From the NCBI GenBank assembly GCA_037447605.1, contig CM074816.1, positions 1,255,873 through 1,319,872 of the forward strand: 64,000 bases of DNA. Reading direction: 5' to 3'. Made by a program: the position numbers and the translations under genes. Within the stretch, counting starts at the first letter, position 1. The number at the start of each line of letters is the position of its first letter. The notes under the pieces were generated by a model. The model was not told where the DNA came from. It worked only from the letters and a program-made list of their open reading frames with translations, and made no database searches. Shown in pieces: positions 30,252 through 44,280 of this stretch. This stretch comes from Zygnema circumcarinatum SAG 698-1b (taxonomy: Eukaryota > Plantae > Zygnematophyceae).

Positions 30252-33200
30252 TTCATTTGTGGGCCTTAAAAAAATTGGCCTAAAAGAAAGGGAGAAAAAA
30301 AACGGAGGAGAGAGACGTACTTTCGGAGTCGTACCGGGCGCTAAAGTGCGAGCATCTCTCTCCATATTTTTGTTTGCAGGCCTGCCCAGAATTCACGGTC
30401 AGACAACTGATTTTTTTCCAGAAAAGAAAAATTAACCGCAGGTCCTAAGCGAGCCGTCCGATTCGGAGTGGAAACAACTACAAAAAAAAAGGGAATTACT
30501 ATTTACACACCTATTTTGTCTAGATACACGTATTTTTTAAAGAAAACCCCCAATGCCATAAAAACCTTCAAATAAAAACTGACCGGCGAAAAAAGGTGTG
30601 TATCTAGACAAAAAGGGTGTGTAAATAGCACTTTCCAAAAAAATCATGTATTTTTTCCGCCAAAATGAAAATATCGGGAAACGTGGAACAGCGCTGAACC
30701 AAACTGTAACTGAGCATAAACTGAATCTGGACGGAGGCGCCATGGAGCGACCTTTAATGCCGCACTGCACATTGAGGAAGTCGAGACTCCCGCCTCGTCC
30801 ACGCGACACGTGTCACGCGTAATAGAAGCCATGGCTGCCAATCGAGCGAGCACAGCGAGGGAGAGAGAGAAAGAGAGAGAGAGAAAGAGAGAGAGAGAAA
30901 AAGAAAGAGAGAAAAGAAAGAGAGAGTGCGGCTGTCTGTCCCTCTCCCACTCTCCCTGCCTTTCTTTTGTCCTCTCCCGCTCTCTTTCCCCCTCCTCACT
31001 CCCTACTTATCCATCCTTTCCCAATCTCCCTCCTTCACCTCCCTCCCTACTCTTTCCCTGCCCCTCTCTCGCTCGCTCTGCCGCTGCCTTTGCCTATTTC
31101 TCTCTCCTCACTCTCTGCCTCTATCTCTCCTCTCTCGCTCGCTGCCTCTTTCTTTCTCCCCCTTCACTCCCTGCCTCTGCCTTTCTCTCCCTCCTCTCTC
31201 CTCCCTCTCCCCCTCTCTTCCTCCCTCTGCCTCCCTCCCTCCCCCTCCAATTCCCGCCCCATCGAAAAACTCGAACCCGCGCGGCGGTTCGCTTGCGCGG
31301 CTCCGCTTGTCGTCCAAGCCACGCCGAGGGCTGCCGGCCGGCAGGTCTGCGCCGGTCATCGGCACTCCGCCTCGCCGGCCGGCAGGCGGCCTCGCCGGCC
31401 GCGGGGGCTTGATGTGACCCCGCCGAAAAGTTTTAGAAAAAAATTTCGTCCACTCGAAATGTTTTCTTCATATTACAAATATTTTCATACTGTTTAAAAT
31501 TTCCTCAAAAGTTGCAAAACTAGAAGGCCTCGGTGCCAGGAATTAGCATGAAAATCTATTTTCGGGCAGAAAACGTTTTCGACAAAATGAAACGTAAGGA
31601 AATTTCTCGACGGCTTTTGCCGTTGACTTGCTTTTGTCGCCATCTGAACAGACATTTGTCAGTTCCAAGTCAGCGTCACCGACCTTGTTCTTACAAATTC
31701 GTACGCTGCCGACAAATTCCAAGAGCCGCTCTCCGCCCGCCACGTGGCCAGTTCTTGACAAAACATGTACCGATAATCTCCCCAGCATTTGCAAATCATG
31801 CGCGGGCCACAGGCTCGACACAGGTCCGGGCGACCACAACGCACATCCGTACAGGCTCGGCGCAGGTGTGGAGGGAGCCGCCTGCCGGACCTATACCGAG
31901 CGAGGGACCACCGGGCACCACCCGCGGCCTGCCACTTGTGTCCGTACGCCTGCCAGGGCTGTACGTCCGAGTTGACCCCCGCGCCCGCAAAGGACCAAAC
32001 TTTTGGAAAGCGCGTTGACCGTACGGCCCGCCCGCCTGGCCGTACCCGTCACCACGCAGTTCTGTGCGGGAACACGCTTCCAGTTACAGTGTCACGTGGC
32101 AACGGCTCATCTTTGCAGGTCAAAACTGGTCAGGGACCAACAGGTTGTTTCCAGCCTTCAAGGTCTGCGAGGCGGCGGATCGAACCCGCGCGCTCGCCAG
32201 GCCGAATCGAACGGCTCGGCCGCCAGGCCGCTACGGANNNNNNNNNNTTCATTTGTGGGCCTTAAAAAAATTGGCCTAAAAGAAAGGGAGAAAAAAAACG
32301 GAGGAGAGAGACGTACTTTCGGAGTCGTACCGGGCGCTAAAGTGCGAGCATCTCTCTCCATATTTTTGTTTGCAGGCCTGCCCAGAATTCACGGTCAGAC
32401 AACTGATTTTTTTCCAGAAAAGAAAAATTAACCGCAGGTCCTAAGCGAGCCGTCCGATTCGGAGTGGAAACAACTACAAAAAAAAAGGGAATTACTATTT
32501 ACACACCTATTTTGTCTAGATACACGTATTTTTTAAAGAAAACCCCCAATGCCATAAAAACCTTCAAATAAAAACTGACCGGCGAAAAAAGGTGTGTATC
32601 TAGACAAAAAGGGTGTGTAAATAGCACTTTCCAAAAAAATCATGTATTTTTTCCGCCAAAATGAAAATATCGGGAAACGTGGAACAGCGCTGAACCAAAC
32701 TGTAACTGAGCATAAACTGAATCTGGACGGAGGCGCCATGGAGCGACCTTTAATGCCGCACTGCACATTGAGGAAGTCGAGACTCCCGCCTCGTCCACGC
32801 GACACGTGTCACGCGTAATAGAAGCCATGGCTGCCAATCGAGCGAGCACAGCGAGGGAGAGAGAGAAAGAGAGAGAGAGAAAGAGAGAGAGAGAAAAAGA
32901 AAGAGAGAAGAAAGAGAGAGTGCGGCTGTCTGTCCCTCTCCCACTCTCCCTGCCTTTCTTTTGTCCTCTCCCGCTCTCTTTCCCCCTCCTCACTCCCTAC
33001 TTATCCATCCTTTCCCAATCTCCCTCCTTCACCTCCCTCCCTACTCTTTCCCTGCCCCTCTCTCGCTCGCTCTGCCGCTGCCTTTGCCTATTTCTCTCTC
33101 CTCACTCTCTGCCTCTATCTCTCCTCTCTCGCTCGCTGCCTCTTTCTTTCTCCCCCTTCACTCCCTGCCTCTGCCTTTCTCTCCCTCCTCTCTCCTCCCT

Positions 33201-34231
33201 CTCCCCCTCTCTTCCTCCCTCTGCCTCCCTCCCTCCCCCTCCAATTCCCGCCCCATCGAAAAACTCGAACCCGCGCGGCGGTTCGCTTGCGCGGCTCCGC
33301 TTGTCGTCCAAGCCACGCCGAGGGCTGCCGGCCGGCAGGTCTGCGCCGGTCATCGGCACTCCGCCTCGCCGGCCGGCAGGCGGCCTCGCCGGCCGCGGGG
33401 GCTTGATGTGACCCCGCCGAAAAGTTTTAGAAAAAAATTTCGTCCACTCGAAATGTTTTCTTCATATTACAAATATTTTCATACTGTTTAAAATTTCCTC
33501 AAAAGTTGCAAAACTAGAAGGCCTCGGTGCCAGGAATTAGCATGAAAATCTATTTTCGGGCAGAAAACGTTTTCGACAAAATGAAACGTAAGGAAATTTC
33601 TCGACGGCTTTTGCCGTTGACTTGCTTTTGTCGCCATCTGAACAGACATTTGTCAGTTCCAAGTCAGCGTCACCGACCTTGTTCTTACAAATTCGTACGC
33701 TGCCGACAAATTCCAAGAGCCGCTCTCCGCCCGCCACGTGGCCAGTTCTTGACAAAACATGTACCGATAATCTCCCCAGCATTTGCAAATCATGCGCGGG
33801 CCACAGGCTCGACACAGGTCCGGGCGACCACAACGCACATCCGTACAGGCTCGGCGCAGGTGTGGAGGGAGCCGCCTGCCGGACCTATACCGAGCGAGGG
33901 ACCACCGGGCACCACCCGCGGCCTGCCACTTGTGTCCGTACGCCTGCCAGGGCTGTACGTCCGAGTTGACCCCCGCGCCCGCAAAGGACCAAACTTTTGG
34001 AAAGCGCGTTGACCGTACGGCCCGCCCGCCTGGCCGTACCCGTCACCACGCAGTTCTGTGCGGGAACACGCTTCCAGTTACAGTGTCACGTGGCAACGGC
34101 TCATCTTTGCAGGTCAAAACTGGTCAGGGACCAACAGGTTGTTTCCAGCCTTCAAGGTCTGCGAGGCGGCGGATCGAACCCGCGCGCTCGCCAGGCCGAA
34201 TCGAACGGCTCGGCCGCCAGGCCGCTACGGA
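30252..34231. repeat. Near-identical ~2 kb tandem duplication across an N-gap (30252-32237 and 32248-34231)
   Basis: The copies appear identical apart from ~2 nt in a GA tract (ORF offsets 1996 then 1994). The second copy starts exactly after the 10 Ns. Confidence 0.9.
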
Positions 34232-35326
34232 TTTGAAGTCCGCACCCGAGACCACTCGGGCTCAGTCGAGCATTCATTCAAGCCTAAGATAATTTACTTG
34301 ACAGTGCAGCGCTTCAATTTACTTACCCTAACAGTGCAGCGCTCAGAGGCGGCGGATTCCATGACTGAGTGCCTGTATAGCCTCCTCGAGAGGCCTGCCA
34401 ACAGGGGCGTGGCCACGGTGGATATAGTGTGCCTAGGCATGGAGACCGAGGGCAAAGGCACCAGGCCTCTGTGGCATGTGGGGCACCCGTGAGGGCAAGC
34501 CGATGACAGTGATGACGAAGGCCACACACCCCGCCAAGGCTGCAAGGCAGTCGTGGCATGGCTACTTGTTCCCACAGGCTTGGTGAAGATTTGTCAAAAT
34601 TAATCAGTATTAGGTAGAGCTTGATAGGATAACATCACTTCTATTGTTTCGATTGAAGTAGGCCGTACTTGTTCAAAATCATTACAAAGGGTTTGTAGCA
34701 TAACAAATCAAACAAACAGAAACACAGACACAAAAACAAACACAAGCAGGGTGAAAAAGGTAAATCAGACAAACACAAAAAACAAGAAAAAAAAAGCAGG
34801 CACACCATGGTACAAAGTGGCGCACATCAACGTGCTTCCATGTAACTTCCATTGGCCCGTACTCGCTTTCCTATGAACAGGGAAAACACACTCGTCAAAT
34901 ACCATTTCGTCCTCGAAGCTTTGCAACACAAATGGGCCCTAGCAGAAACTCTACCCCTACACCCCATCCCTCTTCTTCCCCCCTCTCTCTCTCTCTCTCA
35001 ACCTCCCACTTTCTCAGTCTATGTCCAGGTGCGATGGATCTGGCTACAGCTGTACAGAAGTTCAAGCCAATGACACCCCAGCAACTCTGAAATCCATAAA
35101 GCCCTAGAAACTCCTAATATGAGTGGAAACTCCTACCGCGTGGTACAAGAAATGGAAGTGTATGTTGACGTCGAGAGCATCTCGAACAAAACTAGTCAAA
35201 ATCAGAGGCTTCAATACCTGCAGAGCGAAGGGCATGGATGACATGTCTACACTCTCTTCTTCTCCTTCCCCGTTCCACTCGCCCTCTTCCTCTTCCACCC
35301 CCACTCCCTCTCGCTTGCCTTCGGCT

Positions 35327-38300
35327 CTATACAGCCTGCTCAACAGTATCGGGAGCCGATGCTTTCCCAGCAGCCACTCTCCCCATCCACTCTCCTCTCC
35401 CTCTCTGAGAGCCGCTCCCTCCTCTCCCCCCTCCCTTCCACCCGCTTGCACCTCCCGGCCGCCCCAAATAACCATTACCATTTCTATGTCTGTCAACAAT
35501 CTGCACTCGTCGGGTAACTCCTGAACCCTGTTGAGCAAAGTCTGAGTTCACACGCTGCTGTGAAAAGGGAATAGAAGAAGAAAAGGGAGGGAGCTGCGGC
35601 TGCGGTAGAAGGGGCTGTCGGTCACTCTCTCCCGCCTGCAAGTCAGGCTGAGCAGAGGGATGAGACTGTACATTCCTCTGTGGAATTGGCCTTATGCTTG
35701 TATTTGCGGATTTAGTCAGCCTCACATGCTGTAAATTCTTATCGGGGCCTCCCATCCCCCCTCCTCCTCCTCCTCCTCCTCCTCCTCCTCCTCCTCCTCC
35801 TCCTCCTCCTCCTGCTGCTGCTGCGGTTGCTGCTGCATGTGTGTTCATGCACTTATCCCCAAACTTACACAATCCCTTCTGGAAAAAGACGCATAGAGGA
35901 GGCCTCTCTGCCAAGCCTCCATTCCCTACACCACGGGAATGCATGTGGGAGGTAGGGAGGTGAGCTCCCTGCTGTCGGTTATCTCCATGGAAGGAGGAGC
36001 CTCCCTGCCACCCTCCTCTACCCCTGTTCACACTAGGATTCCCCTCCTCCCCAGAGCGCCTTTTTCCCGAGCGTTTCACTCCCTCTCGATTGCTCTCTCC
36101 CAGCTTCTCCAACTTGTTGCCTTTCATTTCTGGAGATTCACTAATGCTATTGCTCTGAATACCGTCCTCTTCTCCAATACGAGCTTCCGATCCCTCCTCC
36201 CGGGAACTTCTCACCCCTAAACCTGCATCCAAGTTGCTAACAATTATGTCTGCTTGCTCTTCACCCTCTCCACGACTGCCTTCATTAATAAGCGGCTCCT
36301 TCTTCGCCCCAATCTCTGCACCTGGACTTGAAACAGGTCCAAGTTCAAGTCCCCTCATTGGTGCCCCTAACGCCTGTTCTGAAGGTCCATCTCTGTCCTT
36401 CCCTATATCCACCACTTCAGAAGAGGCTGTAGGAGCAGAAAAACTTTCCATAAGGGGAGAATGAACCTCCACTCCCTCCCTCAAAGGTGGACCAGGCTGC
36501 ATTTGCTCTTCATAACTCTGCTGAGCTCGGAGCTGCTCTGAACTGGACAAATTTCTAAGCTCAGGGGTTTCCAGAATTGGAGCACTTGGACCTGGGGTTG
36601 GCCCATTCTGTACCGGAAAATAGCCACCTGGAGATCGATAGAATTGGGCAATTCCGGGTTGGTAGGGGACCCCATAGCTCACCATTTCCTGATACTGTGC
36701 ATGGTAAGGCTGATATGGGTTGGGAGGAGGTGGCATCATATATGCAGGCTGAGGGTACCCTACATAGTAGGAAGGCTGAGAATGGAAAGCATAGGTGAAA
36801 TGGGACCCATCTTGGGCCATGCCTGGGAGGAATTGGGCTCCATTGGGATGGCCATACATTGAGGGATCTTCAAAGTGGTGCTGAACACTTCCTGGCCACG
36901 TGGCAGCATTTGGTTGGAACTCTCCTCCATTTCCTTCCCCTCCCCTCTCCTGCAAGTGTGTGTTTCCAGAAGTTCCTTCTCCCACTCTCTCTGCTGGGCC
37001 ATTCAGCTCATGCTCAGCTTGATGTACGGCTCCGGATGATATTGGTAATGTATGTGGGGTGGGAGAGGCCTGATAAATGGCTTCCCTTGAGAGCATCTCT
37101 GCTACTTCACTCTCCGAAAAAACGCCTTTTTCATGAATCTCAGGTCGTCTCTGAGGCTCAGCCAATTGCACTTGTGGGGATAAGGAAGAGCCATTCTTAG
37201 TCGAGAAGCTCACAGAGGGAGGCTGACTGCCTGGAAGGAGAAAGGAAAGTCGAGCTGCTATTGATGAATTGTGAGATGAGGGAGAGGCGGTAGTATAGGC
37301 TTGCGGTTGCGCTTGAAACGATGAAGTATTCGCTTTACTTATTTGAGATCCATTTTGAGTCTGTTCGACTCCTAGTTGTAGGGTAGCAGAAGAGGATTGA
37401 TTCTTCCGGGAATCGGGTTCAGAATTGGAAGGAAAAAATATGGGTAGGTTTGCAAACTGTTGCTGGACTTCAATTTTCTGCAAAGCTTGGACTCCATTTG
37501 CATCAGAGAAAGTGGAAGCAGATTCTAAAGGAGAAGTTGGAGAGTTTCTTGGGGCTTTAAAGACAAGGGAATTCCCCGGCCCATTTTTCTGCCAAAACAA
37601 AGGAAAATCCCACTGCGCCAGTCAATTTTTGTGGAATTCGCTATTCATCCACCTTTTCACCGCATTAAAATTTCTCTCCTTTCCCCTTGTCTTTCCCTCT
37701 TGCATGCCATTAACTCCAAATATGCAGCTATCAAATAACAATAGCAACAGTCTCCGAGTTTGAAAAATAGGATGCCTAAATATCTTGCTTTGGTGAAGTT
37801 ATATGCATGAGAGCGCTCAGACAATCAGAAAATGAAGGGCAATTCCAACAATGAAATAGTTTAAGATTTCAAAGTTCACATTTTGAATAAACAATAAAGG
37901 GTCCGATATGCATATTTATCCAAGATGGTGGATTTGAAAAATGCACACCTGTGTCCCAGGTAAAATTGTCGCCAAATCCCAACTCTGAGACCCAAGTCCT
38001 GTTGAGGGAGGTTGCTGCTCCGCCTGCATTTGTAAACATGAAGCAATTTTCAGAAAAGGAGAGAGAGAGAAAACGTTCATGCGTGTATATGTGATTGTCA
38101 ACACGCAAGAGATTCGGCTTCAAGTTGAACGGAAACCCAACAAAGAAAAAGAAAAAAATTCACACCTGGGAATAGAGCTCTCGTTCAAGATCCTCTGCCA
38201 GCATCCATTCCCCAGGCTTTCCCCCTTTCACTCCATGAAGCACTCCTTCTTGGCCTTCATTGCTCTTTTGTCTCTCATCCAGAGGGGGATTAATCCTACC

Positions 38301-41300
38301 CTTTACTCCTCCCTCAGATCCGCTCTGCAGCAATAGCCCCGCTCCTACACTGAATCTCTTCTCCTCATCATGGCCCAGCACACTTTCATTAGCCTTACTC
38401 TCCTGAGCAGAGGAAGCACCTCTGTAGTGCTCCTGCATTCCAGCTAAAGGCTTCTGAATAGCATCCTTCCCCTGCCTCACATCCTTCATCCGAGATTCTA
38501 TCCCTCCATTAATCTGCTCCCGTTTCCCTGACTCAACCTCTCCTCGTTTTGTGAAGTTGCTTAACCGATTGGAAATGGAGCCTGCATTGAACTCAGTCTC
38601 AGTCTGTGCTCGCTTTTGCGAGATATCTGCACTAACATTTGTTGCATGATTAGAGGAGACATCCCTACTAGCAGCACCCTGCAGATTAGGCAGTCCTACT
38701 CTCGCTCCAATTGAAGTAGCCGACTGATTTGTTGTCATTCTATCTCCAACCAGACTTCCAGCTTCACTACTTGACCTGCTGACCGACCCGCTCCCTATAA
38801 GGCCGTTAGTTGGGAGGCTCTCATTCTGCCCTTGACCCCTCTCATTTCCAGCTCCCTTCTCCTTTTCCCTCATCTTCTCCTTCTCCTTCTTCTTAACCGC
38901 CGGTCCTCTCGCCTTGCTTGCAGTCTTCTCCATCAGTTTCTCCTCTGCTTTTCTCCGTCTCTCCTCCTCTGCTACCAGCAGCTCCTCCTTCCTCTTTCTC
39001 TGCTCCACCACCTGCTGCTGTCTCTGTTCGTCCAAAATTCGTCCTGCTTTGAGATTTTGCATTTCCATTCGCCACTGCTGGTCTGCCGACAGTGAATTTG
39101 AAGCTAAAGAATGGGAGCCATTAACATTTTTGGAACCATAAATCTTCATTCCTTCACTCCCACTTGCCAAGCTACCTGCAGCTTTCATTTCAGAAGGTGG
39201 ATTTACTCCTGTCTCTGTTGTCCTCCCATTAACGACTGTTCGAGTTCTGGGCTTCTTATGCAAGCTATTCGGAAGTTGAGATGTAAAAACATTACCAGAA
39301 ACTCTACCTTGGTTAGAGATAATCGGTCCCTGAGAGAGCACTCCCTCTTGAATCCCTCCCTTCTCATGCTGCAATGCACCACTTGCATCCACAACTACTG
39401 CTGGACAATTCCCTCCTTCCTTGATCCCGTTCACATTTGACAAAGGTTTTGGGATTGCCTGAGGAAATTTTGAAGCAAGCGGACCTGCCAAAGAAGCAGA
39501 TCCGCCGTCTGGAGGTAATCTACGCTCTGTTGAGGACTTCCTTTCCTGAACACCCAACAATGTCTCCTCCACTATAAGTCGCATATACTCTCAGATGATG
39601 CATTTAAATGGGAGATATCTTCCACCAAAGTTTGAAAAGCATGCCCACAAAGAAGACCTGACATCACCGAAAACGGGGATATCCTCACTTCAGTTGTGCC
39701 TACGCTTATTGAAACTGTTCCAATGAGCAAAAAAATCACAACGAGGTGAGCTAAAACAGCAGCAAAGTGAGGAACTGATGAATAATCTGACATACCATCG
39801 TGTCGTTTGAAAACTTTGTAGTCGAAGCATCCCACCCCGCTTGCTTTTCCTCCTCTGCTTGAAGCTTCATGGCTAATTCTTCATCCAGAAGTTCTTGTCT
39901 CCTCCTCTCCACTTGACCTCCCTCTGCTTGAACTGTTCCCTGCTGATAAAGCCCATTACGAGGAACTCCATTCCGAGAAACTCCCATCATTTCATTCGGC
40001 AGAAATGAGGCCTGCTCTTCTGGCCTCTTAAAGCTCCTGGCATCCACTTTCATGCGAAATTCAGGCCCTGTATGTCTCTCAAAGTGTGGGCCTCCCGCAC
40101 TTCGAGGAGCGGAAGAAGCAGAATGTCCTCCTATTGTTCTCTCTCCTGTCCTTTGAGGCCCAATAGTTCGGACCCTCACATGCCCCTCCTCCCTCGAGAG
40201 CGCTGCGAAGGGATTGGTGGATGCTGCACACATTATAAATTATGCCGTAAATGAATGATTCCAGAACGCATATGACTTGCTACACATAGACTTAGAAGAA
40301 AGAGCGCCATAAATTCCTAAGCAGCAGCTCGAAGTGAAAACAAAATAGAATTGCTAAAGCCAATCCTCGATTTTCACAAAAAAGGCGAAAAACATCAGTC
40401 TACAGCTGTCTACCGTAAGATCCCAAATCACTACTTATCTCACAAGCTAAGCTTTAGATAGTCACCTGTGGAAATGTCCGCTCGTCCATGAGCTGCAGCA
40501 CCCGCCTCTACCCGCCTATCCCCCTTCTCCTTAACACGCTGACCCTTTCTATCTCGCTGCCTATCTTTCTTCTCTTTAGCCTTACTCGCTGCCTCTGCAG
40601 CTTTTCCTGCTTGATCATTCACTGATGCCGATCTATTTTCAGATCTCATAGGCACTTCCTGGCTCTGAGAAAGTGGTGAATAAAGCTTATCAGCTACTGC
40701 AGTAGCCCCTGCAACATCACTCTCATTGACTGCCCCTCTTTCATCAACTTCGGAGATCCCAATACTGGCAGGAGTCCTCTCATTCTCCCTTGAACCCTCG
40801 CAGGTTTCAGGTAATCTCGTTCTCGAAGCTTCCTGTCCTTCAGCAATAACACTTTGTCCACTTTCTGGTTTGCTTTCAGTATCTCTCGCACCTTCAACTT
40901 TGGACACATCTCCATCTTGAACTCCCAATTTTGCAGATAGATTTTCACAATCATCAGTTGACACATGTTTTCCGTTCTGCTTTGATTCAGCCCCATTAAC
41001 ACTCCCTCCAAATACTTGCTTCTCCTTATTCCGTGCTTTTTCCTGCTTCTTTCTCCTCCTCTCAGCCTCTTGAGCAGCATGCTTTGCTTGAGTCTCCTTT
41101 TTCGCGAACTCCTCTTCATCTCGCCGCTTCCTTGAATCCGCTTCTTCATCTTCTCTTCTCTTTGCATTCACTTCCATCCTCTGTGTCTCATCCTCCTTCA
41201 TCCTCTCCCTCCGTCGATACATCCACGAGTCATCGTCATCTTCACTGTCAGAGCCTGTTTCCAAAATGTCTTCGCTGCCTCTGCTGCTTCCAAATTCAAA

Positions 41301-42390
41301 CGGTGCAGTTTTGAATGCCGGATTTTCGAAGCCATGCACATGGAAGCGGTTCGGAAAGGCGCTTGTAAAGAAACCAGTTCCATTTCGACGCTCCGGAGGG
41401 TTTTCCCGCCTCATGAACATGCGCAAAAAAAGACTGAAAAATGGAAACAACCAGCACGGAGAGTTGGAAGTTAACCAAAATCCCGAAACAATTAGGCCAT
41501 GTAAGTGAAATGTTCGACGAAACATACCAACTTGTCAGTCAAATCTGTGACTAGCCAAAAATGTGTTACCTTAGCCGTGCGTATAAGCTAGAGTGCTACT
41601 TACAAGTCAACAAGTTCATCAAACGGAATGATATCGTCATCATTCATTCCATAATCCTCTTCATCACTCGTTTCATAGTCATTTGCTTGCAACCGATTAT
41701 ACGCCGCGTTGATCTGCTTGAACTTTGTAGTGGAATCTGCTGAATTCCCATTTTTGTCTGGATGATTGGCCAAAGCAAGCTTTCGATACGCAGCTTTGAT
41801 CTGAAAAAGTCCACCAAAACCCTCAACAGTAAACCATAAGAAGGCACATTTTCTGGGTAAATATATCTAGGTTGCGACGACATGAATAGTCCCACCTTCA
41901 CCTCATTAAATTTCCAACTTAATGTGAAACCACAATGCCTTTCCAACACCAAAGCCCAAGCCTGCATGTTTCCCCAACACATGACTGTGAAATCACATAA
42001 CTCGCATATTATTGCGTGGATGTAATTCTGCACATAACTCCATTATGCATAATAGTTTTTCCCCCCGTTTAATTCAGATATCAAAATAGAAAAAGAGCCG
42101 AAGAGGGAGCAGGGACGGAGGGAGTGCGAGAAAGAGAGTTCAGAGGGGCAGAAATACAAGATGGGAGGGGAAAAGGTGGGAAGGGAGCGTCGAAGGAGGG
42201 GGGGAGGAAGGGCGAGGGGGATAGACTGAGGTCCGAGGGGGTGAAGGGAAAGAAATGCAGAGGGGATAGAAAGAGAATGGGGAGAGAGCGGGAGAAGGGA
42301 GAGAGAGAGAGAGAGCTGTCTAACCTCCGCCTGAGACGCATCTGATGAAACCCCGATGATTGCATATGCCTCCACCCGCGACAGCTTCAT
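35327..42390 (-). CDS. Very large (~1,800 aa) J-domain protein with a C-terminal CCCH zinc finger; exons 42390-42325, 41800-41604, 41433-40466, 40223-39796, ~39570-38166, 38023-37949, 37588-35327
   Basis: MKLSRVEAYAIIGVSSDASQAE|IKAAYRKLALANHPDKNGNSADSTTKFKQINAAYNRL is a complete J-domain with HPD. CVFFQKGLCKFGDKCMNTH is Cx7Cx5Cx3H. The remainder is long, charged and disordered. The exon 4/5 junction is unresolved. Confidence 0.8.
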
Positions 42391-42706
42391 GGCTGCAGTC
42401 CTAAGCCTGTAATGTAGCGAGAAATTGGCCGCAAAACAAACCCTAATTGTTACAATTCGACACAAACACGGCGCTAGAATGCAGCGATCATTAAATATAC
42501 TTTATGCATGCAGAATGTTTCTGAGGGCGGGTTTCTATTGACGGTACACGGTAACGAATGAACCAATCACAGCGCGACACATCAGCAAAAGTGTATACGT
42601 GGCAAGCTGGAATTGGCCAAGCTTGTCAGGGTACCCTCAATATGGACATGACTACAGGTCACCGCGATGATCCTCAGCACTTAGCAGTAGGTATGGTAAG
42701 AGAGGA

Positions 42707-42781
<75 letters not shown>

Positions 42782-43174
42782 CCCCTAACTCTCTCCCTCT
42801 AGGAGTGCTGAGCAGGGCTTCTATGCTACAGCAATGGGAATAATAATTATTTTTTCATTCCTGTTAAATTTCCATACCCGTTGAATTTCCATCACCTACT
42901 TCAACTTTTTTGGTAAGCAAACAGAAGAATGTAAAATTGAAAGGAGAAGCACCTGGATCAGGACCAGACTTACTAGCACAAGCCGCCTGCATCCGGAGTT
43001 GACAGTGAGAACGAGAAAAAAAACCTCAAAAAAAAACCTGAAGGTAAGCTTCCGGCAGCAATTCCACAGGAAAAAATTGTGTCCCCGGATCAGAAATTAG
43101 GCAGCGGTTGCAGGGATTGCATGTGAACTCCCTTCCCATCCCATCATCATTGGCATGCGTTCATCCGAGATAGC

Positions 43175-43250
43175 CATGTCATGCCCTGTCATGCCATATC
43201 ATGCCATGTGATGCCATGCCATGCCATTCCATGCCATGTCATGTCATGTC
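43175..43250. repeat. (CATGC/CATGT)n pentamer microsatellite
   Basis: GCCATGTCATGCCCTGTCATGCCATATCATGCCATG... visible directly. Confidence 0.8.
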
Positions 43251-44280
43251 CATTCGATGTGTTTCAAGGACGAGCGTTTCAAATATTTGAAGGGGGAGTC
43301 GGCGCAGCAGGAACAAGGGGAGCCGGAAAACGGCTCCGCTTGCTTCCTGCAACTGCTAGCTGCCCCGCCCTGCTCCAGACATTGCAAGGTTCTATGGAGC
43401 GAAATTCCAGAGATCAGTTCCGGACGATAACTAGGAGAGGTCCAGTTTTTGTAATGTGAGCGGGGCAGTTCGCCAGCGTGGCAATAGGACAAAATATCTT
43501 GGAAAAAGTGTTTATAAAATGATTTTTACCATTGTGGTCGGAAAATGCGGCAGACCAATAGGAATCGCCTCAATTGGCACGTGGAAATTGTTGGTATTCT
43601 GCACGAGGTGGATCCGCACCTCCGGTGGCCGGATTGAACACGCCACGTCGGAATTTTTTGAACCCTGCCTTTGAAACGACAAACGTGTCACTTGTTGGTA
43701 ATCGCGGACGACGAGTCCAACGACTTTGTATCGTATCGTATCATTTGGCAGAACGGTATTCGGTGATCGCGATATTTGGAAAGTTGCAGTGTCCTTTTCG
43801 CTATTGCGAACCGCCGTGGAGCTCCTCCAATGGGACTTCGCCACGTGGAGGAAAGTGCACACGTGTCCAATGGGAATCCGTCACGTGTACAGAACTGGAC
43901 GTGTCGAATCCCCATTGGGTAAATTGGCGCATTGACAGGGACTGGCTTTGAGGATGCAAGCGTAGGGTCCAAAGTTTGGAGCTTTCGGCACAGAGCCTCA
44001 TCTGTCCCTGCATACAGAAGTTAAGGTTTAGGGTTTAACGCCGAGGGTTAGGGTTTAGGGTCTAGCGCCAGGTTTAGATCCTTCAGGGTCTCCCTCAATT
44101 TTCGCATCCCTCTACTCTGACAATTTGCCTGTTTCAACGCCATCGCTGAAACCACGAAAGCTCCTTAAACCCGAAACCTCTCAACCCTATGCCCTGAACC
44201 CTTAACCCTACTCTCCACCCTATGCCTTAAACCCTGAACCCTAATTCTTAAGCCCCGCAACCCGGCGAGGCCTCTGCGCC

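Noticed and set aside
30449-32218. 17 bp inverted repeat CGAGCCGTCCGATTCGG / CCGAATCGAACGGCTCG as possible TIRs
   Set aside because: There is no target-site duplication and no other transposon hallmark, so it may be chance.
34340-34492. Possible plus-strand terminal exon (RSEAADSMTECLYSLLERPANRG...) behind a tandemly duplicated acceptor
   Set aside because: No recognisable homology, and I could not connect it to upstream exons.
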